A DNA stretch of 64,000 nucleotides from Microthyrium microscopicum (taxonomy: Eukaryota): contig MU004239.1 in NCBI GenBank assembly GCA_010405405.1, positions 868,001-932,000 on the forward strand, read 5' to 3'. A model generated the notes under the pieces. That model did not search any database and was not told where the DNA came from. It saw only the letters and a program-made list of their open reading frames with translations. Below are positions 1-10,312 of the stretch, piece by piece; position 1 is the stretch's first letter; the number at the start of each line of letters is the position of its first letter. A program made the translations under genes and the position numbers.

Positions 1-621
1 GGTCCAAACAACCCCATGGCTCACTTCAATGCTTACCATACTCCTCCCGAGTCCTTCTGAGTCAACCAGCCTGCCAATGTGCCTGTAAATACGCGCCATC
101 TCGGGCCGTCCGAAGTCCCAAGCTACAATGTCCATCGCAATCATGACTGGTGTCAAACAGCAACCCGTCCCCCAACTGTGGCGTTTGCGACCATCATCTC
201 AACTGCAACGTTCTCAACGTATCGCGTGTCTTCCATCCTTCTAGCTACCAAATTCAATCCCTACTTGACTCGAATAGGTATGTCCTACTTGCAACCTTTG
301 CATCCACTACTGAGCCGTGAATGACGGGAAGATCTAGTTCTAAAGCCAAAAGCAGAAGGTAATGAACCAAAATGTACCCCCATTACAATCCCATCCATTC
401 GGTATTCTATAATTCGTTTTCTCTTAGTACGCAAAGTAGGCCGTGATGGCGTTTTTGGTCTAAAGCCTGGTGTTCATCTCTTCTTCTATGAGCATCTTAA
501 ACATGGATAAATAGCAACCCAGTCCTTCCCATCTTGACTTTCGAATATCAACCATTCAGTCATTCGCTCACTCTTGGTCTTTATTATCTAATTCTTTATC
601 TTCTTCTTCAATTCTATAATC

Positions 622-1991
622 ATGCACGGAATCAAATCTATTGCAGCCATTGCTGGCTTGGCTAGCTTGGCTGTTGCTTCTCCTGTTGAGAAGAGAGCTA
701 CTCCTGGTAGCTTTCAAATCAAGCAGGTTCAAACTGGCCAGAAACTCGCCGTTGGTGCTGTTGCCTACCAAAAGGCGTACCAGAAGTACAACAAGGCTGT
801 CCCAGCTGTCGTTGCCGCGGCTGCCCAGCAGGGTGCTGTCACTGCTACTCCTGAGCAGTATGATTCTGAATATCTCTGCCCTGTCACTGTTGGTGCAAAC
901 ACATTGAACTTGGATTTTGATACTGGATCAGCTGATCTGTAAGTTTATGAATCGGTTCCTCAAGCTGAACCTCAAAAATACTAATTCGCCACAGATGGGT
1001 TTTCTCTAGCTTGCTTCCATCAAGCGAGCAAGCAGGCCATAGCATCTATAACGTCGCCTCCGGCAAGAAAATCACTGGAGATACCTGGAAGATATCCTAC
1101 GGTGATGGCTCTGGTGCCGCTGGTACCGTTTACGCAGACAAAGTCGTCATTGGTTAGTACATTCCATCATTTGTTCAAACCACAACTAATGCCATATCAG
1201 GACCTGTCACCGCCACCACCCAAGCCGTTGAAGCTGCTACTAGCATCTCCTCCGCTTTCCAGCAAGACACTGACAACGATGGTCTAGTCGGCCTCGCCTT
1301 CAGCACCATCAACACCGTCTCCCCCAAGCCAGTGACCACCTTCTTCGACACCGTCAAGGCCAACCTCACCTCCAAGCTCTTCGCCGCCGATCTCAAGAAG
1401 GGTGCCGCCGGTGTCTATGACTTTGGCTACATTGACACCACCAAGTACACCGGCAGCATCGTCTACACCCCCGTCGACTCCAGCCAGGGATTCTGGATGT
1501 TCACCTCCACCGCCTACAGCATCGGAACGACCAAGACCTCCGCCTCCATCTCAGGAATCGCAGACACCGGTACCAGTCTTTTGTTGCTCGATGCCAGCAT
1601 TGTCACCGCCTACTACAAGAAGGTCACTGGATCCAAGAACGATTCTACTCAGGGTGGTTATACATTCCCTTGCACTGCTACACTTCCCGATTTCTCCATC
1701 ACTGTTGGTGGCGCTGTTCGCACCGGTAAGTTTTTCCCGTGATACTTCGTATCCTCTTTTTCCAAGATTACACGGCATATGTGAATTAAATGCTGATTTT
1801 TTTCAATAGTTCCCGGCTCATACATGAACTTCGCACCAATCGACAACACAGGCAAGACCTGCTTCGGCGGCATCCAATCCAACGCTGGTGTCGGATTCTC
1901 CATCTTTGGAGATATTTTCTTGAAGAGCCAGTATGTCATCTTTGACCAGACCACCAGCTCTCCAAGGCTTGGATTCGGTCAACAGGCATAA
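622..1991 (+). CDS. pepA: Secreted aspartic protease (aspergillopepsin/penicillopepsin-like, peptidase A1); 4 exons ~622-938, 995-1152, 1201-1725, 1810-1991
   Basis: Signal peptide [21 protein letters not shown] and pro-region with KR. Both catalytic motifs are present ([19 protein letters not shown]), plus the C-terminal [20 protein letters not shown] introns join the exons in frame. Confidence 0.95.
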
Positions 1992-2681
1992 ATTCGAGCC
2001 GCAGGGAACCGCAGGCGAGATCCGTTATGATTTCGCACACATGAGAGTTGCAGGCATGATATTGCATACATGAAAGCGTGGAAGGAAGAGACTGGTGCAC
2101 TTTTCTTCAATTCGATTCATTTACTCTCCTTAATCTATTTAGGTACCTATTATTGTCTATTTTGCACGCAAATATTTAGTGTTTATATGAGTAGATCTGG
2201 AAGCAAGCGTGGCTTAGATCCCTATGATGAGAATGAAATGTTTTAGCCCCCAGAATTCAATTGTTCTCTTCGTGTATGCGTGCGTGGCTGAGCAAGGGAG
2301 CGTCTTTATGAAAGGTTTCTCAAATCTGGTCTTTTGCCCTGTCTTTCTACAGGTAAAGCGAGACAGTCATTACAGCCTAATGATTCTCAAATCCTTCCTG
2401 ACATTTCAATATAACCAAGGCGAAAATCTTTGGGTAGAACCAGGGATGTTTGCCACGCGAATCCTTCCGGTTTATGCCTCGAATCCTATTTTCGTAAGGA
2501 CGCATCCTGTCTATAGGGCTCAATATATATTGCTGAACCTTCAAATCCAAAGGACGCGGCATCAATAAGAAGAGCCAGCGTCAGCACGCGATGGCCATGT
2601 AAACTAGATAGTACACACATTCACTTGATATTCACTCGCTAAGATTATTCACTCACAGCTACACTAAAGGAGTACTACAAC

Positions 2682-3014
2682 ATGAAATTTTTACTACTCT
2701 CTGCTCTCACTTCGCTGGTCGCGAGTGCGCCAATACAGAATATAAGCTCAACAGGTGAGATCATTTTTCGGGCGATTGTTGTGATATAAAAGTCTTCCAC
2801 TAACAACATTCAAGACCAAGGCGCTTCGATTCAAGCAACTACTACGGACGAATCACTGGCTGGAAATGTTCCACCTCCTCTTCCCAAACAACCATTTCCA
2901 ATTCCAAGTCCTGATCCCTACGGAGGCAATGGTGGGACTTCTCATTGTGACCCACCTATTACACAGTCATGCGCGCCATTCAGACATGATCCAAAGAGGG
3001 GGCCGTATCGCTGA
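2682..3014 (+). CDS. Small secreted Pro-rich protein, ~90 aa, 2 exons (2682-2754, 2815-3014); not in the ORF track
   Basis: ATG in acaacATG context and signal peptide MKFLLLSALTSLVASAP. Phase-1 intron gtgaga...ctaac...caag. Exon 2 is open (DQGASIQ...VPPPLPKQPFPIPSPDPYGG..HCDPPITQSCAPFRHDPKRGPYR*). Confidence 0.75.
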
Positions 3015-3643
3015 AGTCGGACCAAGGACTGCTATGGAAACAATGGGATATGATGAACTTCGATTTAGCGCTTAAACTGTGTGAGGACTGCAGGATTTAT
3101 ATGGCGTTGTATTGAAGTCATATCAGCTATGTTTGTAGCTTCAAACCTAAGCCGGTTGGTGTTAAAGCTGCACAGAACTTTGACTATTAAACGACGCGCT
3201 TTATTCTAGTGCTAGATTTCCCATCATACTTGAGAAACGACCTGAATTCTACTTCTACTATAATTACTCATGAAGATGAAGTTCCCCTTGTGTAATAGAA
3301 CCTGGCAGACATGAGCAGCAAAACCGGCAGCTATTCGCCAGCGATAACATCCATGCGTTGCTAGGCCTAAAATGAAAGACGAGGATTTAATTTATTTCAT
3401 GCTGGTCAATAACTTAGGTTTTGACAGTTCTAAAAGTAGCCACCGCCCTGTCACTCACAAATTGGAAGGATTCAGACAGCCTGAGAGCTAGAATCCTCTT
3501 ATTATTGTTAACCTACATAGATTTTCATGGAAATCTCCTCAATAATTCTGCTTATTATCATTGATGGGGTTTAATTCTAGAATTTGAATGTACAGTAACA
3601 ACAATCCATTTCATGATGAACTTTAACCTGACCTAAATCATTC

Positions 3644-6583
3644 ATGGAGCCAATTACCATCAAAGTATGTCTGCGCGCAAAAGCTGAACACCACACCTCG
3701 AGTGCTCCCATCGATCTCGTTGCCTAAGCATGATTCCATCATGGAGTGTCATAGTAGGCATCGTAGTTGCTGGGAGTTTACTACTTGGTCTGCTCACTAG
3801 TTGAGAGCACTCAAAGTTAAAGAAATCACTCACATCTTTCAGGGCTCGCACTTCTTTTACGAACAATCAGGCCTGCAGTTCTTCGTTCGTGGCATCAAGT
3901 ATCAGTACAATCCACCACTGGACCGAAAAGGGGCCAAGTCTACGCCAGCGAGTACGATTCCCTACGACTTCAACCCTCCAGTGTGGCGACACTGCTTGAT
4001 AATCTGCTGAATATGCTGTCGAAGGGATACTAGTCGCTTCCAATTCAGCAAAGTAGCAACAGCTCACGCACTTTGTTGGCTGGCACCGCCTTTGATGTTT
4101 CAACACTAACTTCACAATAGACATCTTGCAAGCCGACCCACTGATAGACATAAAGGATTGCGAACGAGATATACCGTTTCTCAAGGAACTAGGCATAAAT
4201 ACTATCCTAGTAGAGTACATAAGGCCAGACCCAGAAACAGACCATTCGCCGTGCATGAATGCGTTTCAAAAAGCTGGGATATATGTAGTTGTCCACCTAG
4301 AAGCTTCCAACGAGTCAATCAACCAGCTACAAAACTGGGATCGAGAGCTGAAGGTAAGTAAAAAGCATTATTTCCACTCATATCGTGCTTGCATCGGCGA
4401 TTTCCAGTGCATTTGATGGCTCACATCGCATCTGATGGCTCACATAGCATTCGATGCTCTCCTTATTGTGTCATTGCGAGGGTGGCTCTCTCAGAGCATC
4501 TCAGCCTTGATATTTTTACACCTATGCTAACAAAAGTTAGGCCCGATGGCTCAGAGTTGTCGATAACATGGCCCCATTCGTTAACGTGTTGGGTTTTTTG
4601 TCTCCCAGTTCCTATATCACATATGCCTTTCTCAAGGTAAGACATCTGGTGGAAGCATCTTGTTTTCTGCATGATAGCCAACGCATCTGGTGGCTCCCTC
4701 GCATCACATGGCTGCCATAAAGTGCTTTGGCCTATTGGATTCCATATTTCATTCGCATACTAATGAACCTTAGGCAGCTATCAGAGACGTCAAAAAATAC
4801 ATCATTACCAAAAGTTATCGTCAAGTTCCTATTATATCAGACGGGTGGGTCCGAGGGAAAGACACTTTACAGCCTTTGAATTGTGGTAAGTTCTTATACA
4901 TAATATATCTTTTGGCGCTACCAGCGCCTGTTGTGGATTCCAGCGCACTCCATGGACTCATGACGTGCCATGAGATATCGCGCTGGTAGGACTTCTACGT
5001 CTTTCCAATGCGTGTGATCTTTGTACTGATCAGTGATCACTTGTATGGGTGATGTTCAACTAATCATTTTTAGGTGACAAGAACAGCTCAATAGATGTCC
5101 TATTTACTCACCTTGAGAAATGCTCAGATGATACGGTTACTCAACAATCGATTGCGCTTACGAGGAAAACATTGGGCGACTATCCTTCCCCAGTAGTATA
5201 TATGGCTCAGAATTGCGGATCAACAAACAGCGTTGGCTCATTGCATAACATATTCGACTCAAACGCAACTAGCTTTCTATCTGGAGCCATCATGTCTTCA
5301 TATTTTGGAGACTTTATCAGTAAAACACCAGGTATAATGGATGTGGAAGGATATAATGCTACCAGAGGTCCACAATATGCAACTCTTTCCAAAGAAATTG
5401 CATCAGTCCAACCAAGTCCTACTTCGATAGCACAATACACTCCAACAAACACCATACCCAGTGTATGCGAGTCACACTTTCCAGTGGCATACACTAGTAA
5501 CGTAACGCCCTCTGGCGCTGTTGCTACAATGGATTTCCACATAGCAACAAGTCTCCCACCAACGCCAAATCGACGACTTTGTGAATGCATGATGGCATCG
5601 CTAGAATGCGTTGCAAGTCAGCAATATCGGCCACAGCCTTTCTGGATTGACGCACCCCGACTGAGCCGCAACTATCCCGTACCGCAAGAGAACGCGCTGA
5701 AAGAGGGCATATGCAAGGAGAATCCTAGCTGGTGTTTGGGTAGCGGCTCAGATCCGTCTGTAGGACAGTGGGGATCGTTCGGCGGGTGTAATGCCACAGA
5801 GCGCGGTTCCTGGATATTGAATCGGGCCTTCAAGGCAAAGAACAGCGATGCTGGGCTTTGCCAGAGTTTGAACGGAACCATTATTCGGTCTACTGTCCAA
5901 GATCCACCGAATGACTGCAAAATCATGCTTGCTCAGGCAGGTCCGCAGGGTACTGGCGAAGTCACTTATAGCGCGCCTGAGCTCTCTCGTGAGAAGCGAC
6001 CGGGCGACATTGGGGATGGTAAGATATCCCTTTACTCGCTTTTCCTAATGATTACTATATCCTCCATAACACTCGGTGGCTTCCATCGCATTCGATGGCT
6101 AGCATCGTATATTGTGGGAGTTTACCGCAAAATGGTGTCTGATTCCTTTTTTATTATTTTTGCTCTAGATATCACTGACACATTCCAGGCGCTACACCAT
6201 CTGGGAGTCGCATAATCCCCATGGTAGTCGTTCCTGTGGTATTACTACTGTTCATAATTGGTTTACTGCTGTTCTATCTACGGTGGCGCAGAAATAACAT
6301 GAAGAAACAAGATGAAGTCTTCGAGAAAGCAGAGCTTCCAGGAGATGCTGTGGCTGCTAAGGCCAGTTCGTCACCGCTAACGCTGAACACGACTGAGCTA
6401 AGTGTGACGGGAAACGAGCTGAACGAGGCTGATCCGGACACTGCACTTGTCGAGCTTAGTGGTAGGGATATACAGGAACTGGACGGCGTATGGAACGAGA
6501 TGAAGTATGATGTGGCAGAAACGGTGTATGTTGAATTGCCCACCGAGTTCAATACCAGAGGAAAGAGCTCTCAGCTTAGTTAA
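3644..6583 (+). CDS. GH72 (Gas/Gel beta-1,3-glucanosyltransferase)-like protein with X8/CBM43-like Cys-rich domain, one TM helix and cytoplasmic tail; probably catalytically inactive; 7 exons: 3644-3664, 3843-3951, 4121-4353, 4541-4636, 4774-4885, 5074-6018, 6189-6583 (~636 aa)
   Basis: GH72 motifs PITIKGSHFFY..G.QFFVRGIKYQ, DPLID..DCERDIPFLKELGIN, DHSPCM..FQKAGIYV, AAIRDVKKYI..K.YRQVPI, LNCG. X8-like LPPTPNRRLCECMMASLECV...WGSFGGC. All splice phases are compatible and the exons sum to 1911 nt with no internal stop. Confidence 0.85.
4396..4452 (+). repeat. Three tandem ~19-nt units in GH72-like intron 3 (GGCGATTTCCAGTGCATTT / GATGGCTCACATCGCATCT / GATGGCTCACATAGCATTC); related units in introns 2, 4, 5 and 6
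   Basis: Read directly from the sequence. Related copies lie at 4075-4093, 4670-4718, 4932-4959 and 6075-6112. Confidence 0.75.
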
Positions 6584-6865
6584 TAAACAATTGATTTGAA
6601 ATACCAGCCATGTAACTGTCTCAGCTGTTGCATTAGTCCGCCATAAGCAAACTTCCAGATCTAGTCCCAAACTCATGACGCACAGTGCGATACCAATAAC
6701 GAAGCAACCATACAGGAAGCTGGTGTATTATACTAATGCTCCTGCAAGTGTATCTGAGACAGTCTCGTATCATACCGTGCCAGAGTTCTGCCCATGATTA
6801 TCGCCTGTTTCTGCCCGGGATTGATGGAAGGTGCCAGGAGGTGTTGTCATCCGTAGGCCATTTCA

Positions 6866-7915
6866 TCAGATTGCTCTCTTTGGAAAGGAACGAAGTATCT
6901 CGGTAGTCCTTCGGGCCAGTGGCCGCAGCTTCGATAGCCAATTACTTCTTTCAATGAATTCGCCATTTGCCATAGCTTGCTCAGATCGGAGCAATTTTGC
7001 TCTTACAACTCGCTTTTGCATGACTTTCCTCTTCGATCTCATCTTTTTGTAGAGAATGTCTTTGCTCTTGTGACGTGATTTATCATCTTTATCGGCACCT
7101 TTCTCATTGTTCGTGAGTTTTGTGAACATGACTTGCCGGAGTGAATCTGCCGAACAAGGAGTGATAGTGATATCTTGCAAGATGTTATCCGGCTTCTTGA
7201 TGAGAGCCTCTTCACTCTCGTAGTTTGCATCATCGTCCATATCGACATCATTGTCATTGTCTGCGAGTTTGGCGAATATATCTTGAAGCATTGAATGTGC
7301 TGAACAAGGGGTGATCGTGACATCTTGCAATGTCAAACCTGGCCAATGTTCAATCATCATAGATTGGACAGATCTTCTGAGGACAGTGGCAAGCGTGTCT
7401 GCTCTCTCATTCCCCTCAATGCCCTCATGTGCAGGCACCCATCGAAGCTCAACGATGATACCAAGATCATAGAGAATGTTAGCGTACTTGACCAAGCTAT
7501 TCCTCAGTTCCGGCCTCGAAAAGTAGGTGAACGTCTCTCTTCTCTTTAGGCCTTCTAGTAGACCAAGGCAGTCGCTGAGTATGATGAGATGGTCGAAGTC
7601 CTCACTCTTGTTACAAGCAACGCGGAATGCTTCCTGGATTGCGATCATCTCCGCCTCCTCGGAATATCTTGCGCCGCACTTGAGGGTGTTGAGTGTGATA
7701 AGCTCCGTCCATGTTTTGGATGACCAGTCGAGATATGTCACTGCGGAGGTAACTAGTCTATCTGCTGCCGCTGGAGAGCCTGGCGCTGATCCATCCACCC
7801 AAATGACCAGTCTCCGTTCGATTATGCCTTCGTTGTATATATCGTTGGCAATTTGCATTGCTATTGATCTCTTGTGGGTGATAATGCCCTCCGGAAATGG
7901 ATACAAGGACTCCAT
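6866..7915 (-). CDS. Standalone RNase H1-like protein (non-LTR-retrotransposon-type RNase H domain) with duplicated C-terminal segment and basic tail
   Basis: Intronless 349-aa ORF with RNase H motifs VIWVDGS, EAEMIAIQEA, IILSDC and LRWVPAHEGIEGNERADTLA, so the D-E-D-D acidic set and the His loop are intact. Confidence 0.8.
   Translation of the reverse strand: MESLYPFPEGIITHKRSIAMQIANDIYNEGIIERRLVIWVDGSAPGSPAAADRLVTSAVTYLDWSSKTWTELITLNTLKCGARYSEEAEMIAIQEAFRVACNKSEDFDHLIILSDCLGLLEGLKRRETFTYFSRPELRNSLVKYANILYDLGIIVELRWVPAHEGIEGNERADTLATVLRRSVQSMMIEHWPGLTLQDVTITPCSAHSMLQDIFAKLADNDNDVDMDDDANYESEEALIKKPDNILQDITITPCSADSLRQVMFTKLTNNEKGADKDDKSRHKSKDILYKKMRSKRKVMQKRVVRAKLLRSEQAMANGEFIERSNWLSKLRPLARRTTEILRSFPKRAI
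7095..7335. repeat. Diverged direct duplication with 150-bp period inside the RNase H ORF
   Basis: tcattgttcgtgagttttgtgaacatg...gaacaaggagtgatagtgatatcttgcaa (~7104-7180) versus tcattgtctgcgagtttggcgaatata...gaacaaggggtgatcgtgacatcttgcaa (~7254-7330). In protein this reads LQDVTITPCSAHSM versus LQDITITPCSADSL. Confidence 0.8.
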
Positions 7916-8726
7916 GGCGCTTTGTGGGTATCATGTGAAAAATTTGAGGTAATTGAGCGACTGGGGCTATTACGCTATAGCGAGAGAAAACGATAATGTA
8001 GGAATACTTTGGGTAGGATGATGGTCCAGGTATTTGAGTCTGGATATACCTATAGAATGGCTACCTGTAGGTACACGACCTTTCGACAACGTGTGGTCGC
8101 TCTTTCCTAAAAGAGTTCTCTTATCAGCCTTTCTTGTCTCTCTGCGAATCCAGTCGTGACCTAAAATAGTAAGAGCGCGGCAAGTGACGAGATTGATTTA
8201 TTCCACACGAAAGAAGGAAGATCGCGCCAGTACTGAGGCGTCGAAAGAGGAGATATACCAGCAGCCACTGCCTAAGTTTGACGGATTGACATGCTTCCCA
8301 GTGGCATTAATCAAATGTTCGAATGAAAATAACATTCCCAATCTTAGGCAACTAATTTGGCTTCTTCTTATTCGAAAGGTCAACACTGGTACAAGTAAAG
8401 AATTGTGGTTATCATGGAACGCTACTGGATTAAGGGGCCATATGATACATCGGAATTTTGATACTTAGTGGGCACTCGCTCATTAGGAAATTAAGAAAGT
8501 TACGGTACGTTAGTACTAGTAGCTAGATGTATACTTGGTTTAGGACATTCTCTTTCAAAAGGCCATATCCTCTGGCTTTGATACCTGACTATCTTGCCGC
8601 CTCTCTCATGTTCCTATTTTGAATCTTTCCAGAGTGCCACTGGGATTCTTGACTGCAGCCACTGATCCTCATCAAAGCACTTCTCTATACTCAAGACTAC
8701 TTACTGATAATCACTATCAGGGGAAA

Positions 8727-9845
8727 ATGGGGCAAGCGCATAGTGAACCCATGCCGGCGCCGCCCAAGGAAGACAACACCACGAAAGCAGAATATGTATC
8801 GCACGAGGAAGTTCGCGCCCTACTGAAAGAATATCTGACACCTAGCAAGCAAGGCAGAAGCTCTTTAACATACACAACAAAAAGTCTTCGCAATGCCTCC
8901 CAAGCTGATGACTGGATGGATGTTCAAAGCCCAATTCCCGATGAAAAACAAGACATTATCCACAAAGAGCGTATACACAATTCGACCAAGGAGGCCGACA
9001 AGGACAATCCAAGTCCTCAACCTCTACTCCATACCAAACGGCACACCCAAAGCACCCAACTCATCCCCGACCGACAATCCCACCACGGCCTTTTCCATAC
9101 ATGACAACCAATCTCCATCAACCAGAAGTCCGCCACAAAGCATATGGATCAGCCCACCGTCGAACTTCGCGCACCTGCTCGCGTTCTCAAAAAAGCTAGG
9201 ACTAGACATCGATCCAGCGCAACTCATCCCCAGCCTTTCCCTCCCGAATTCACCGGCTACACATGGTCCGCCCGCTGGAACCTCATCCACATTGCCAACA
9301 GCTATACCGCAGCCAATTCAAGGACCTCAGATCTGAAGCTATTCAACAGCATCTGAACGCACACGCCGAACACCGCTCTGTGCGCCAGATTACTTCCCAT
9401 ACCAGCCCGACGACCGCAAACGTGAACTGCACTACATATTCACGTGCCGCCAAAACTTCCCGCACGACAATGGCGCCTACATATCACAAGTGGGTGGCTG
9501 GAAGAGCATCCAGACTGGGTGGAGTTTCGCCGCTATGTGAAGAGGAGATTTGTAGTGGCGAGTTTTTGTCTGGGCAGGGAGATGGGTTTGATAGGAAGTT
9601 GTTTGCGGGAGCGGTGGTGGAGAAGAAGTAGAGGTATTTTCGGAAGGAGTTTGTGGATCTGGTGCATTGGGCTGGGTTTGAGGTTGATGTTCCGCAAGAT
9701 GGGAGTCAAAAGTGGTGTGCTCATGATTGGGAGACTGGTGAGAAGGTAGCGCGTATTTATTTGGGTTGAATGGCGGGAGGAAGCGGAGGCGAAATTGAAG
9801 GAGAAGAGTGATTTGCTGGATTGGATAGATGCGGATTTGCAATGA
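8727..9845 (+). pseudogene. Probable decayed hypothetical gene (protein-like segments spread over several frames with stops)
   Basis: Start MGQAHSEP... at 8727. Protein-like pieces (WISPPSNFAHLLAF; WLEEHPDWVEFRRYV; EEICSGEF...EKK*RYFRKEFVDLVHWAGF; EWREEAEAKLKEKSDLLDWIDADLQ*) switch frame without clear introns. It shows the same C-rich 5' / G-rich 3' profile as real genes here. Confidence 0.35.
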
Positions 9846-10312
9846 GGAGGAAAAGCAGGAAGGAACAGCAATATCATAGGCTTTGAAAAACTCAGCTACA
9901 CAAAGCACAAAAGCATAAACAAACAATAGAGGAATTCATTAATATCAATGCAAACCGCCATGCCGCTCGGCAATCATACAAATAACACTTCATACAAACA
10001 CTTCCTACAACTGTACCTCACAGTATCATCCACACATGAACCTTACCGCCATCCACCAGGATCGCAAGCTCACATGGTATTGCAAGATCAGTAGTTTCGC
10101 AATACCCACCGGGTATCAAATCACAAAGCCCAGAAACACCTTTTTACACCGCGCACGTTTTGCTTTCCCAATGCCTGCCAGGCCAATCATAAAAATACTC
10201 CTTAGAAATGGTATAAATGTATCGTTCAACATGATCATCACTGCATTATCCCCGATCCACAACCTCATGACTGAGCAAAGTGGCCAGTCGCCGGCATGTT
10301 GTTTTGCTGCGG

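Noticed and set aside
4396..6112. Intronic repeats considered as a CRISPR-like array
   Set aside because: Eukaryotic context, degenerate tandem units without unique regular spacers, and no cas genes.
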